NCBI GenBank assembly: GCA_963575745.1
Contig: CAUYUJ010000202.1
Span: 62,001-116,897 of the forward strand
DNA from: Prorocentrum cordatum
Taxonomy: Eukaryota
Reading direction: 5' to 3'
DNA length: 54,897 bases
Below the pieces are notes generated by a model. It saw only the letters and a program-made list of their open reading frames with translations. It was not told the DNA's origin and did no database searches. The translations under genes were made by a program, and so were the position numbers. This document shows positions 1 to 13,047 of this stretch, one piece after another (position 1 is the first letter of the stretch; every line of letters begins with the position of its first letter).

Positions 1-1239
1 CCGCGTCGCCCACGCTGGGCGGACCACCCGGGCGCAGGGGGCGGCCACCTCGGCGGCGCCGTGCCCGTGGTAAGCAGGCGGCCTCTGTGCCGACCCAGCC
101 AGGCGGTGGCAGCGTGGAGGTGGACGTCGGCGGCGGCCTCGAGGATGGTGCGCGGGCCTCCAGCTCGGCGCCCTCGGCTGCTCTTGCTACCTCCCCGGCC
201 GCCGCGTCGATGGCCCCCGCCCGCTGCAGAGCTCGGCGCCCGTGGCCGTGGCGTCGGGGCTGAGCTGCGACGAGAAGGTTGCGGGCCGACCTGGTGGTCA
301 TGAAGATCGCGCGCCCCTTCCGCTCCTGATGCTCGCTGGCGCCCCGGGCCTCCTCGGGACCTTGCACGGCATCCGCGGCGGCCCGCTGCAGGCGGTGGTG
401 CAGGCCTCTCCGTGGGGGAGCGGCTGCGCCAGGGGTGTCGGCCTCAGGGTTCGGCCCCGCGCAGTATCCTCGTCGAGGTCAGCCGCCCCGGCGTGGTGAG
501 AGATTCTGCGCAGGAGTGTCGGCATCGTGTTGCGGTTTCGTGTGGTGTCGGCTTCGGGGTGCGGCCACGGGCGCTGACCTCCATGGGGGAGGCAGTGCGT
601 GGGGCGTCGGCCTCAGGGTGCGGCCCCATAGAAGTTTTCCTTCGGCACGGCGTTGGGGGGCAGCGCGGGGCGGGCGCGGGGGGGCTCCGCGGCCCCGCGG
701 CGGGGATCGGCGCGTGCCGAGGCCCTTGTGGCCTTGGGACGCGTCAAACGGTGTGCGGAGAGACGGGATATTTGTGCGTGTATATATATATATATACACA
801 CGCACACGTATGCATGTATGCATGTATGCTTGTACGTATGTGTGTTTACACAGGGGGAATGAGAGATGTATAGGTTTACCTGGTTGCGGACCCAACCTTT
901 TCTCAACACATGACGAAATATACATACATACATACGTATACATATACATAAGGACGCATATATACATACATGGCTGTTCACTGCAAAGAAACATGTTGAA
1001 GGAACCGCAAGGCACACGAGCTCCTTGAAATACACGAACACATGCAGGTCTGTAATTAGCAAAGCAGCCCGTCGCGCTCAGCGAGGCAGGTGCACGGGGT
1101 GGCATGGCGAGCCAGAGGCAGCTGAGGATGGGGGGCCACGCGAACAAAAGACAACGCCACGCGCTGCGTGGCGCAGCGGTTCCCTGCGGACTGCGATGCG
1201 GCAGCGCCGAGCGCTGCGTGACGGGCCAGTGCTGCGCCG

Positions 1240-2265
1240 AGACCACGAAAGTAGCGGCAGTTGCGCAGTTAGCAGTCCCCCAGGGGAGCCGCGAGGTCCC
1301 AACGTGGCCTGCGTACCGCTCCACTTCGCTGGATCCCCCAGGCGCTCATGAAAGTGGCGACGCTTTTGCAGGCTGTGCAGCTTACTAGGGGAGCCGCGAG
1401 GTCTCCTCGGGGTCTGCGTACCACTCCACTCCTCCGGATTCCCCCCTGGAGCCCACGAAAGTAGCGACAGTTGCACACCAAGCAGCCCCCCCCCGGGAAC
1501 CGCGAGGTCCCGACGGGGTTTGCGCCCCACTCCGCTGGACCTCCCAGGGGCCCACGAAACTGGCGACACTTGCGCGCACGAAAATGGTGAGACAGTTGCG
1601 CACTTCGTTGCCCCCCCTACAGGAGCCACGAGGTCCCAACGGGGTCTGCTTACCAGGAGCCCACGATCTTGGCGACAGTTGCGCAATTCGCAGCACCCCT
1701 AGCGGAGCCGCGAGGTCCCAACAGGATTTGCGTAACCTTCCACCCCGCTGGATCTCCCAGGAGCTCACGACAGTGGCGACAGTTGCGCACGTCGCAGCAC
1801 CCCAGGGGAGCCGCGAGGTCCCAACGGGGACTGCGTGCCATTTCGTCCCATTGCACCTCCCAGGAGCCCACGATAGTGGCGATAGTTGCGCAGAGGGGAG
1901 CAGAGGCGCACCAGCGGGGTCTGTGTACCAATCCACTCTGCTGGACCTCCCATGGCCCTGCGACGCTGGCGACGGTTGCGTCCAGGGGAGCCGCGAAATC
2001 CCAATGGGATTTGCGTACCATTCTACCCCGCTGGACTTCCCAGGAGCCCACGACAGTGGCGACAGTTGCGCACGTCGCAGCACCCCAGGGGAGCCGCCAG
2101 GTCCCAACGGGGTCTACGTACCACCCCATCCCGCTGGACCTCCCACGAAAATGGAGACAGTTGCGCAGTTCGCAGCCACCCAGGGAACCGCGAGGTCCCG
2201 ACATGGTGTGCGTGACTACCGACCCCGCTGGACCTCCCAGGAGCCGACGAAAGTGGCGACAGGGA
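1240..2265. repeat. Degenerate tandem repeat, ~100-bp unit, about 10 copies
   Basis: Recurring GGGAGCCGCGAGGTCCCAACGGG...GCTGGACCTCCCAGGAGCCCACGA...GGCGACAGTTGCGCA. Confidence 0.85.
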
Positions 2266-2439
2266 GTGCCTCGCACGAGAGTGAAAAGGCGGCGTAAGCA
2301 GGACGAAAAGCGAAGTGATGAGGAAGATGATGATGAGGAGACATGAGGCAGGACATCGGAGGCAAGAGGCAGGAGGAAGGGGAGGATGTTGGAGAGCACA
2401 ATTCTTGATTCAAAGCGAGAGCCCAACATATGATAGTTG

Positions 2440-2525
<86 letters not shown>

Positions 2526-2975
2526 AGAGAGAGAGAGGGAGAGAGAGAGCGATATAGAGAGAGAGAAAACACATAACAGAGAGAGAGAGAAGGAGAGAGA
2601 GAGAGAGAGAGAGATACATCAATACATATATAGACAGAGACAGCGCGCGCGAGAGAGAGAGAGAGAGAGAGCGAGAGAAAGAGAAAGAGAACGAGAGAGG
2701 GAGAGAGAGCGAGAGAGAGACAGAGAGAGAGAGAGAGAGAACGAGAAAGCGAAAGAGAGAGAGAGAGAGAGGTACGATCTAATCATATATACACACCATT
2801 ATTTATACATGTATGTATCTTTATACAGGCGGGCAAGGAGAGGACGAGAGAGATTGAGAGAGAGAGGGGGAGAGAGAGAGGCAGAGAGAGAGAGACAGAA
2901 CAAACAATGGGTGCGTACGCTGTGACGGGGTGGGGAGAGAGAGAGAGAGAGAGAGAGAGACCAAAGAGAGAAAGA
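2440..2975. repeat. (GA)n microsatellite region
   Basis: Long AG dinucleotide tracts. Confidence 0.95.
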
Positions 2976-5049
2976 GAGGCCCTCTTGGACCCCGCGGGCC
3001 CCCCTTTCCAAATCGACTGGACCAGACTTCCGGGGGAGGGGGGAGCATCTCGCACGCCGATGAACCTACGGGGTCGGCGGGTTCTGGCCATGAGACCAGA
3101 GGCAGTTTCAATCTACACGTTTACTTTGAAAAAGAGCCGCCTTCCATCCGTGTAGCTGCTGGAAGCTGTAAAGACATTGTGCGCGGCGCAGGAACGGGAG
3201 CCAACGATTGTCCTCCACCCCCGTGATTAGTGGAAGCTTGAAGGTGGATATGTGTGGCGCTGAACCGACAGCCACAATTGGAAAGCAAGTCTCAATCCGT
3301 CCATGTAGCCGTCGGCAGCTTTGAAGACGAGTAGGCGCGGCGTAATTGTCAGAGCATCGTTTTCAAAAACATTCGCCCTCCATCTGTGTAGCTGTAATCG
3401 TTTACGACGACAGTGCGCGACGCAAAAGCGAGGGCGACATTTCGAACACGTCTCGCTCTCCATTCGCGTATCATAGGGTATTCTTCGTGTATCTCCACCA
3501 AACCGCGGCGAGTTGTCTTGAGCATGGGATTGTAGGAGCATTTAGTGGAACAAGTGCCAGGGGTAGCCGTGAGATCGAAGCTGGAAGGCAGCCGGGGCAG
3601 ACTCAGGAGTCAATTGTCAAGGTCGTCGCAGATGTTTTGACTTTGCAGTCCTTTGACGTTTGCTTGGGTAATTTTTTGGAAGCTCCTGAGAACATTTTGG
3701 AGTCTAGTGGGGCAATCTTGGGGCTCTCTGGAGCCTTTTGGGGTCCTTCTGGGGTCCTTCTATGGGCGCTTAAAGGCCACCTAGGGGGCTATCTTGGAGG
3801 GCCATCCCCGTCCGAGTCCGACAAATCGTGTTCTCTGCCTCCTCTCCCTCCTCTCCCTGGTCCTCCCTTCTCCTCCTCCCGCTTTCCCTCGTCCTCCCCC
3901 CGTTCCTCCTGCTCTGTCCCCCTCCCCCTCGTCCACCCCCTGTGCCAGCTCCTCCCCTTCCCCTCCCTCCTCTTCTCCTTCCCCTGCTCCTGCTCCTGCT
4001 TCTAACTCCCCGTGGCACCGCCAGGCGTGGCCTTTAGGTCAGGGCGTTTCGGTGGAGACTTTCCCGGTCGGCCTCAGACGGCTGCGGCAGCTTCAGGGTC
4101 GGACGGGCGGTGCGTTCTCGAAGCTGGGCTCTCGCCTCCTCCTCTGCGCACAGTCGTTCTGCACGAACTATTGCGAGCGTTTTCAGGGATGGAGGCCTGT
4201 ACACCTTAGGCGATGCTTAAGAAAACCTAAGTTTTCGGCCAGAGTCTCGATTATTCTTAACGTTTCAATGTAAATCCTAAGATTTGAATGGAATTTTTGG
4301 GTTTTTATTCAAGTTCTGAGACTATGAATTTCTTAACCCATGATTTCTAAAGCATTTCGCAGGGTGTACCTGTTTTTTCGGCATGGGGCACTCGCCTGAG
4401 AGGTTTTCGCACCTAACCTAGCGAGTCGAAGGTTTAGCACATGTGGCAGCGAACGTATGGAGGCCGATTCCTTCTCACTCCTAGGCTTTCACATGATGCT
4501 CCCTCGATTCTAGCGACAAGAAGTGTAGACCTGTGCAGCAGTTGCACGGGTTGGGGGACTGCCTTTTTTGCAAACCAAGGCTCTCGATGTACACCTCGTT
4601 GAACTTGATGATCCTGTCTTGCCGCATTCCTCATGTTTCGCGCTAGACGGATGCACGTCAGTTCCAGTTGAAAACATGGTTCTCGTCCGAGTGGAAGGCC
4701 CTCTAGGATGTTCGTCTTTCAAATGGGGTGCTTCTTGCAGTGACACGGAAGGATTGTTGGGACTGGTAAGGATGGGATGTGGGATGGGAGTGTATATTGC
4801 TTCGCTGTTGCATCATGGTTTTTTAGGTCCGCCTCCTCCTCCGCCTCCTCCATCTCGGTACTTCTTCTCCTCCTCCCTCTCCTTGCCCTCCAGCCTCCCC
4901 CCCTTCCTCCTGCCTCCTCCTCCGTACCCTCGCTGCGCTCCTCTCCCCTCTCCTCCCCTCCTGCCTCTTCCTCCCCGCCCCCCCTCACCCTCCCGCATCC
5001 TCCAAGACGACCGCGCCGAGCAGGACGACGCCCCTCTTCCCCCCCTTGT

Positions 5050-5205
5050 TCAGGAGGGAAAAACACACACAGACACAACGAGTCGTCGATTCCCCAGAAA
5101 GTATGGGAAGCTATGGGAAGTGGGGGGAAGACAAAAACCCAGAAAACATGGGAGAACATGGGGGATCCTGTTGCTTGTGTGTATCTGTTTGCGTGTCCTT
5201 GTCCC
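5050..5205 (+). repeat. Dispersed repeat; copies at ~10430-10545 and ~52320-52480
   Basis: CCCCAGAAAATATGGGAAAATATGGG...GGGGGGAAGACAAAAACCCAGAAAA...TTTGTGTGTCC shared by three loci. Confidence 0.8.
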
Positions 5206-5238
5206 CCCCCGAGCGCGCGTCGGGAGCGAGCCGGGCAG

Positions 5239-5279
5239 GCCGCGATCGTCATGCAGCAGGTCCTGCGGGCGATCTTCTA
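5239..5279 (+). CDS. Ser/Thr kinase (CAMK/CDPK-like) exon, subdomain VIa: AAIVMQQVLRAIF(Y)
   Basis: AG acceptor at 5237-5238 and GC donor at 5280. The peptide continues in frame into the HRDLKPE exon. Confidence 0.8.
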
Positions 5280-5734
5280 GCGGGGGACGCCTGCTGGCTG
5301 GCACCGCCGCGCTCCCCCTCCCGTGGGGTCCGCCTCGGCTTAGGTCGGGCCAAGGTAACCTCCAAGATGGCTCAAGATAGCACAAGATCGCTCAAGATGG
5401 CTCCCAAGATGCTCCAGAGGGCTCCAAGACCGCCCCAAGACGGCTCCAAGTGGCCAAAGAGCTCCCCAAGGAGGCCCCTGACGCGTCGATTGCGCAATTG
5501 GCCGTCTTCGGTTTGCGAGAGGGCGTCGCGGCCGTCACTGTGGCGGGTCCAGGTCCGTCGGTTTCGGTCCCAGGCCGTTTTCACCAAGGGGAGGTTTACT
5601 AAAGGGAAGTTACGTCCACCGCCGGCTAATACTATCTCTGCGTCGCCCTCCCCCCAGGGGCGACGCGCGCACCGAGGCATCCTGCAGTATATGCGTCATG
5701 GCCCCCCCTCGGCGCGAGGGGGGGGCCCCGCGGA

Positions 5735-5774
5735 CCTCCACGAGCAGCACGTCTGCCACCGGGACCTGAAGCCG
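5735..5774 (+). CDS. Kinase exon, catalytic loop: (Y)LHEQHVCHRDLKP
   Basis: HRDLKPE motif and GA donor at 5775. The acceptor reads GA rather than AG. Confidence 0.88.
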
Positions 5775-6139
5775 GAGCGCGGGCGGCCCGGGCCCGTGCG
5801 GCGGGGAGGCAGCAGGATCGAGCTCCCCCCCCCTCGAGATGAAGGCGCGGCAACTTTTTCCCGCCTGCACCGGAGAGCAACGGCTGAGGCTTCGCGGATG
5901 TAGGCAAGTCTGGCCCAGTCGAGCGCCACTTAGCGTTAAGTCGGGCGTGTCGTTTTGTACAGATATAGTAGTTATACTTAAGATATGAACAATCTGTATT
6001 TGAAGAATGATCAGAGGTTTGGGGGAGAGATTGCAGTTGGAACGGAGACCCCCAACCGGGAAATTGTTTCGTTTCGTTCGCGTCGTGCGTGCGGGCGAGG
6101 CGAAGCTTCGTGGGCGCGCGAGAGGAATGACCCCGCCTT

Positions 6140-7180
6140 TGCTAGGGCGAAGTCAAGACAAATTATTCTCCCCCGCCCGCCCGCCCGTCCAGCGGTGGCC
6201 CGCGATGTCCCGCGGTGTCCCGTGGTGTCCCGTGGTGTCCCGTGGTGTCCGCCGTTGCTAGGGCGAAGTCTAGATACATGATTCTCCCCCACCCGCCCGT
6301 CTGGCGGTAGCTCGCGGTGTCCCGCGGTGTCCCGTGTTGTTCCGTGGTGTCCCGTGGTGTCCGCCGTTGTTAGGGCGAAGTCAAGACAACTGATTCTCCC
6401 CCGTCCGTCCGTCCGTCCGTCCGTCCGGCGGTGGCCCGCGGTGTCCCGCGGTGCTCCGTGGTGTCCCGTGGTGTCCCGTGGTGTCCCGTTGCGTGAGATA
6501 GATAGTGAGATCGATAGTGAGATCGATAGTGAGATCGATAGTGATATCGGTACTGAGATCGATACTGAGATCGATGTGGTGCCCCGAGATGTCCCGTAGT
6601 GTCCCAAATAGTGAGATCGAACGTGAGATTGATAGTGAGATCGACAGGTGTCCCGTGGTGTCCCGTGGTGTCCCCGTGGTGTTCCGTTGAGTGAGATCGA
6701 TAGTGAGATCGATAGTGAGATCGATAGTGAGATCGATACTGAGACCGATGTGGTGTCTCGAGGTGTCCCGAGGTGTCCCGAGGTGTCCCGAGGTGTCTCG
6801 TTGAGTGAGATCGATCGTGAGATCGATAGTGAGATTTACAGGTGTCCCGTGGTGTCCCGTGGTGTCCCGTGGTGTTCCGTTGAGTGAGATCGATCGTGAG
6901 CTCGATAGTGAGATCGATAGTGAGATCGACGTGGTGTCCTGAGGTGTCCCGTGGTGTCCCGTGGTGTCCTATGGTGTCCCGTTGAGTGAGATCGATAGTG
7001 AGACCGATAGTGAGATCGAGAGGTGTCCCGCGGTGTCCCGTGTTGTCCTTTGGTGTCCCGAGCTGTCCCGTGGTGTCCCGTTGAGTGAGATCGATAGTGA
7101 GATCGATAGTAAGATCGACAAGTGTCCCGTGGGGTCCCGTGGTGTCCCGTTGTGTCCCGTTGAGTGAGATCGATAATGAG
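6140..7180. repeat. Compound minisatellite of GTGTCCCGTG 10-mers and GAGATCGATAGT 12-mers
   Basis: Alternating blocks of the two units. Confidence 0.9.
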
Positions 7181-7545
7181 GTCGATTGGGTCAGATGTTG
7201 GTTCCCCCCCTCCCCCTCCCACCCCCACAACCTCCTTACCACCCGAAGGTTTTGATGCTCCAGCCTACTTTAGCCTCGATCACCAGGAGGATTCGAGCGG
7301 CCAAAAAAGTACCGAAACTCAAGGGTTTAAACGTGTCGGGCCCTGGGAGACACTCGCCCGACACTGTTTCGACACTGTCTCGACACTCTTTTTGACACTT
7401 TTCTGGGTGCTGGAAATTATTTCTGGGATGTGGTCCTTAAGTCGGATGGGAACAGCATAACCCGAAGGGTGGTCGTATAGGTAATACGGGAGTCTCTTTT
7501 GGTTGAGACTCTCTTTGATTTTTCGTCCAAACTCTGCCTGCAGTC

Positions 7546-7748
7546 AGAAGGCGAAAACCCACCCCCACCCCCAGTCCCGACGCCCATCCCCAAACCCGCG
7601 ATTCAAGGGGCCGGGACTGGGGGTGGGGGTGGGCCTTCTCCGTTCCCTAGACCCCGCAAGCCCACCCCCACTCCCAGTCCCGACTCCTTGAATCGCCGGC
7701 TCGGGGATGTGTGTCGGGACTGGGGGTGGGGGTGGGTTTTCGCCTTCT
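7546..7748. mobile_element. Foldback MITE (long imperfect palindrome)
   Basis: AGAAGGCGAAAACCCACCCCCACCCCCAGTCCCGAC at the left end and its reverse complement at the right end. Confidence 0.8.
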
Positions 7749-8104
7749 CATACCTTGACGCGTCGATTGAGGAATTGGCCGTCTTCGGTTTGCGAGAGGG
7801 CGTCGCGGCCGTCACTGTTGCGGGTCCAGGTCCTTCACAACCTGAGACGCTGGTATCGTGCCCCGCTTGGGCCCACGACAGCATCCACGACTACGTACCA
7901 TATTGAGGGGCCCCCCTCGGCGTGCGTGTGCGGCTCCGACGCGAGAGGGCCAATTCTTGCGCGCGACTCCGGGGGCACGTCGTTGCCACGGAGACCGGTC
8001 TCAAGCGGCACGCCAGTCAGTGGACCACCACCGCGCCCAGGCGAGCCCGCGATGGGCGCAGGCCTCGCGATCGGCGCAGGCTTCGTTTGGTAGATTGGAG
8101 ACAG

Positions 8105-10085
8105 ATGGCCGCGCAGTGGGCAGCCCACCGGCCCGACGCCTATTGGCACAAGGGCGCCGGCAATGGCGCCGAGGGCGCCAACGGCAAGGGCAAGGTCAGC
8201 TTTCCCAAGCCGCGCAATGACCACATTGAGGGCGCCAGCCAGCCGTGGTAGTGCAACGACAAGGAAAAAAGGGCGATGGCAAAAACACCAGCCCATGCCA
8301 GAGCAGGACACCGCAGCCAAAAAGAAACAAAGGAAATCCAACCACGATCATGTCGACCACCACAGCAACAGCATTGACAAAGTCACGCCCGTGCGCAAGG
8401 TCTACGCCGCCAGAAGGCACGATTGGGAATTGCCGCCCGACGACCCAAAACTCAGAGAGGAGTGGGGGAGCATCGAGACAGTTGAACAGCGACGAGCAGC
8501 AGTTGCGGTCATGAAGGCTGGCGCCGCTGGCCTACCTACAACAGACTCAGACCCACGCACGTGCCGCCTTCATCAAAGCGATGATCGTCAGCAGCGTGCC
8601 AGTTCCCAGCAGGCCAGGAATATCGACCGCAACGAGCAGACCATGAAGGTCTTCCACGAGCCACGAGCGCACCAAGGCGCAACGCAATTACGTCAACAGC
8701 GACCTGGTCACATTTTGAGGGGGAGATCAACGGGCCCCACATCGCCCACAAAGAGATCAGCTTCGCGCGGGGCGACTCGCGCAACGAGGTCGGTGCAGCC
8801 GGCGACGGGGCAGACGCCCATCAAATAGAAGGCGCCCAGAGGGGGAGCCCCGCGCCAGTTCCAAGAGGGTAAACAAGGGCTTAGGGGACCAGTGAGGGCC
8901 AAGCCGTTTGTGCACGACTCATTTTCCTGAAGGAGGTCAACCAGCGCCTCCCTCAAGGCGCAGAGAAACACGCGCTAGAGGCCAAGGATGAGTTCGACAG
9001 CGTCTACCAGAGCAACAAGGAGGGCGAGAAGGCGAGTGATCAATCAGCGACAGAACTGCGGGAACTACAACGACGCTATCGAGCAGTTGCAGGGGCCGCG
9101 CAGGAGTGGCAACATAAGCAAAGACGTGCAGCCATGCAAGCGCGCATAATTACCAGAAAGATCTGAAGGAGGAGCTGACCAAAGGAGCTCGACGCCAACG
9201 TGGGAAACAACCGCCGCGGCGGCAACGGCCTCCCTCGAGACGGGGCTGCGCGCGCCGCGGACGTGCAGAAACCGCTGAAACAGGGTCGGCAAATGCTCGC
9301 CGAGCACGGCGCAGACCGGGAGCGCCGCCCACGACAGCAACGACGCATGGCGCAGACAGCCAGGGGGAGGGATACCTACCACCGCGAAATGTGAGAAGCG
9401 GAACAACGCATCTCAGTCATCGAGGCGCAGGAGGTTAGCGATTCCAGCGTTCAGGCCCAGCTGTGCTGTCACTGGAGACAATCCGACGGGCTGCCCCGCG
9501 GCGCCCGCCTCCAGCTGCGCGGCTAGGGGAAGCGCGCGGGGCCGCTATCGAGGCCGCCCAGGCGGAGTGCCGACAGAGGGTCTCCAGCGCCGAAAGGATC
9601 GCGCGAGCCAGAGACGCAGAACAAACCCAAGAGCGCGAACATCATGTCCGAAGCGTGCTCGCGGACGCCGGCAGCTACCAGCGGCAAGCGCGAGTGCGCG
9701 CGGCCCGGGCTGGAGGCTAGCAACAACTGGTACTGCGACGGGTGGAGATCGGCAAGACAGGAAGAAGCCCACAAGCATGATCCAGGTATACCAGCAAACA
9801 GAGGCCACTTGGAGTAAATGGAAAGCCATGCGCGACAGGCGTGCCGAGGAGGCGACCCGAGAGCATCTCTGCGCGCGACCGGCAGCGCCTCAATCGCGAC
9901 AGCGGCTCGGCAACGCGGAGATGATGGGCGCCGTCGAGAAGGCCCCGGTCGCTGGGGTCCCCGGCGACGAGAAGGAGACCGACATGTCCTGGCAATTTGC
10001 GGCACCCATGACTGCGCGAGACACTTCCGGGCTGGCCCGGGCCGCCCGATCTCGACGCGGCCGGGCAGCGCGATGGGGGCGCTGA
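8105..10085 (+). pseudogene. Decayed coding-like region, possibly an old retroelement ORF1
   Basis: MAAQW...NGKGK...W*CNDK...GKN (possible zinc-finger relic) followed by frameshifted Q/E/R/A-rich fragments. No RT motifs seen. Confidence 0.3.
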
Positions 10086-11155
10086 CGAGGGGGCCTCGCA
10101 CTTCGACCGCGACGCGCGACGCGTGTGGGGGCGAGCTCCCGCCGGGAGATCAAGAGTGCGACGCGCCTCTTGCCGCCGGCGCCCAACGCGTGGGCGCCTG
10201 GGTCGATGTCGGCAGGGCAGCCCCGCCGACCGACATACCGCGGCATGCGGGGCTACCTATCGACGCCCCATCGGCTAGCGCAAAGAGCGGCGACGGTCTC
10301 GGCGCCGCAGAGGAGATTCCCCCCTCTGGCGCGATTGCCGCGCTGCATCTCCATCGGCCTTCTCGGCATGGGCGCTTCGTTACCGCCAGTTCGCAAACGC
10401 GCGGCGCCATCGACGCGTGGCTCCAGCTCCCCAGAAAATATGGGAAAATATGGGCAGTGGGGGGGAAGGCAAAAACCCAGAAAATATGGGAAAATATGGG
10501 GGATCCTGTTATTTGTGTATATTTATTTGTGTGTCCCAGTTCCCCTTCATTGCCCTCGTTGCCCCCGCGCTCCTTCGCCGTCGTCGCGCTGTCTTGGGTT
10601 TTTCTGTGCTCATCAATGGTTCGCCCGCTCCCCATCGACAGCATCAGGGGCAGCTTCCCGGAGCTTTGGTCCGCCTCCGAAAACGAAGGAGAGAGAGGAA
10701 GAGACAGAGTTTGACAGAGATGGAAGAGGAGAAGGAGATGGAAGAGGAGAAGGAGGAGGAGGAGGAGGAGGAGGAGGAGGAGGAGGAGGAGGAGGAGGAG
10801 GAATGAGGAGAGGGCGTCCCGCCGTCCTTCCTCGGCCGCCTCGTCGCGCTCCTCGGCCTTCTTCTCCTCCCCTCCCCCCTCCCCCTCTCCTCCCTGCCGG
10901 GCGGCTCTCCAGGATCGCCCAGCCTTCTGAGGACCCCCCTCGCCTCCTTGAGGGCGAGCCTGGTTCCCAGGGGGCCCCAGCGGGGCCCAGAGCCTGCGAC
11001 ACCGCGGGCCCCCGATCCTCGATCCTCGATCCTCCTCCTCCTCCTCCTCTCCTCCTCCTCCTCCTCTCCTCCTAATCCTCTCCTCCTCCCCTCCTCGATC
11101 CTCAGCCCCCCCCCCTCGGCCCTGCCCCCCTCGCGCTGGGGGCGCGCGCCCCTAG

Positions 11156-11248
11156 GAGAACTTCCTGTTCCAGAGCAGGGACCCGATCGAGGGCAACGTC
11201 CTCAAGCTCATCGACTTTGGCCTCTCCGACAAGTTCAGGGACGGCGAG
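11156..11248 (+). CDS. Kinase exon: ENFLFQSRDPIEGNVLKLIDFGLSDKFRDGE
   Basis: ENFL and KLIDFGLS (DFG) motifs; ctag acceptor and GC donor; 93 nt in phase 0. Not in the ORF track. Confidence 0.9.
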
Positions 11249-12315
11249 GCGTCCCTCCTCCGGCTCGCCGGCGGGCTGCCCGGCGTGGGGAGTGGAGCCT
11301 TGAGACGGGGGTCCATGCAAGCGGGGGTCAGCCAGAGCGCCCGATCTTGCAGGATCCTGCAGGGCCAGGCTCGCACCGACCCGGGTCTGGGTGCAGGATC
11401 CTGCAGGATCCTGCAGGATCCTTCGCACTGACCCGGCTTTTGGGTGCAGGATTTTGCAGGACCACGCAAGGCCCGACTGACCCGGGTCTGGATTGACCCG
11501 GGTCAGAGGCTCCCCGAGGGAGGGCTCCGGCCGGCTCTGACGGGTCCCGTGTGGCGCTCCGTGAGTTCCTCGGGGCTGTGGCGGGATGGTTAAGTCGGGC
11601 ATGTTCCTCGACAGGTGGACGGTTCAGGATTGGTCGAGCAATCGTCAGGGGATGACTTTTCGTGCCACTTTCAGCATGCTTCAGGATTTTGATATAGTTT
11701 TTCTTCCCAAGTCCGCCTGTCAGCGGATATGCCCGACCTCAGCAGGAGGGCGAGGGGGATGAATCCGTCGAGTCGGAAGAGGCGGCACGGGCGCCATTCC
11801 GCGCTTGGCATTTCCACTCTTCGGGCTTCCCACGTCACCCGCGCGCAGCGCGAGGAGAGCTCCAGAGGCGGCCCGTTGTTCGGATCGCTCGCAGGTGGGC
11901 GCCCTGGCGCGGCCGGCACTCTGTGCGCGGGCGGGCCCCGTGTTGAGGAGGAGGCGCTCTGCAGAGGATGCCCTTCGCCCTTCGCCCTGTCGGCCCGTCC
12001 TCGGCCAGTGCCGCGGGCTGGTTGTTACGATCGGACGCCTGGGGGCCTCGCATCGTCGCCCTGCGTCCTCGTGGCTGGCTCCAGCTGTGCCCGCAGCCTG
12101 CGCCACCGCGCCCGCAGCCTTCCCGGTGCCTCGCCTCTGCAGGCTTCCCCTCCAGCGACCCAGACCAGTCGGTGCCGACGCGGTTCGTGCCGTATCGGGC
12201 CCCTTTGCCGCGCCGCGTCCTTTGGCCTCGGAGTGTCCTGCCTGAGCAGCTGGTGCTCTGCCCTGACAGCTCAGCCGTGCGGCGTTCCCGCGCTTTTGAA
12301 CACAGGCACTGCGTA

Positions 12316-12488
12316 CAGTCAACCCGCATAGTAAGGATGGGCAACCTTCCCAAGGGTACCCTTGCATCCTTGCCTCCTCGGTCCATCCTTGGCCACTTTC
12401 GTCGGCCGCGCCCCGCTCGGAAAGCTTCGAAATGGGCGTCCAAGGCCCTTGCATCCTTCTCGCGCATCCTTACTATACTGGTTGACTG
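12316..12488. mobile_element. Tc1/mariner-pogo-type MITE
   Basis: 24-bp TIR CAGTCAACCmGyATAGTAAGGATG (22/24 match) with TA on both sides (12314-12315, 12489-12490). Confidence 0.85.
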
Positions 12489-12699
12489 TATGACCTCCAG
12501 CGTCTTGAGGCGATCAGGACCTTTCTTGACGCTCCCATTTTTTGCTCTCCCTCTGGGGGCCCTCTCCTGGCCCCAGAACCGTCGAGCGAGCGGGTCCTCG
12601 GGAGGGGGCCGAGGCTCCTTGGGAGGGAGCGGGGAGGAGGAGAAGGAAGAGGAGGAGGAGGAGATTTCCGAGATTTCCCCCCAGGACGAAGTCCCAAGG

Positions 12700-13047
12700 A
12701 AGAGGAGGAGGAGGAGGAGGAGGAGGAGGAGGAGGAGGAGGAGGAGGAGGAGGAGGAGGAGGAGGGAGGAGGAGGAGGAGGAGGAGGAGGAGGAGGAGAG
12801 GAGGGGAGGAGGAGGAGGAGGAGAGGAGGAGGGGGAGGAGGGGGAGTGGGAGGAGGAGGGGGAGGGGGAGAGGATGGGGGAGGGGGGAGGGGGAGAGGGG
12901 AGAAGGGGAGGAGGAGAAGGAGGAGGAGGAGAAGGAGGAGGAGGAGGAGGAGGAGGAGGAGGAGAGGAGGGAGGGGGAGGAGGAGGAGGAGGAGGAGGAG
13001 GAGGAGGAGGAGGAGGAGGAGGAGGAGGAGGAGGAGGAGGAGGAGGA
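12700..13047. repeat. (GGA)n/(CCT)n tract; similar tracts at ~10750, 13785-14110, 15853-16100, 18300-18410, 34290-34445, 41840-42045, 44095-44620
   Basis: Trinucleotide runs that generate the poly-E/G/R/P/S/L pseudo-ORFs. Confidence 0.95.

Noticed and set aside
5365..5380. TGGCTCAAG matches at ~5368 and ~25654 as SL relics
   Set aside because: They are embedded in the common CCAAGATGGC-type repeat, lack CCATTT and are not followed by a gene.
5670..5700. RGILQYMRH as an alternative kinase helix-E exon
   Set aside because: The exon at 5239-5279 fits the CDPK consensus better. This stretch would insert a GPPSARGGGP spacer before the catalytic loop.
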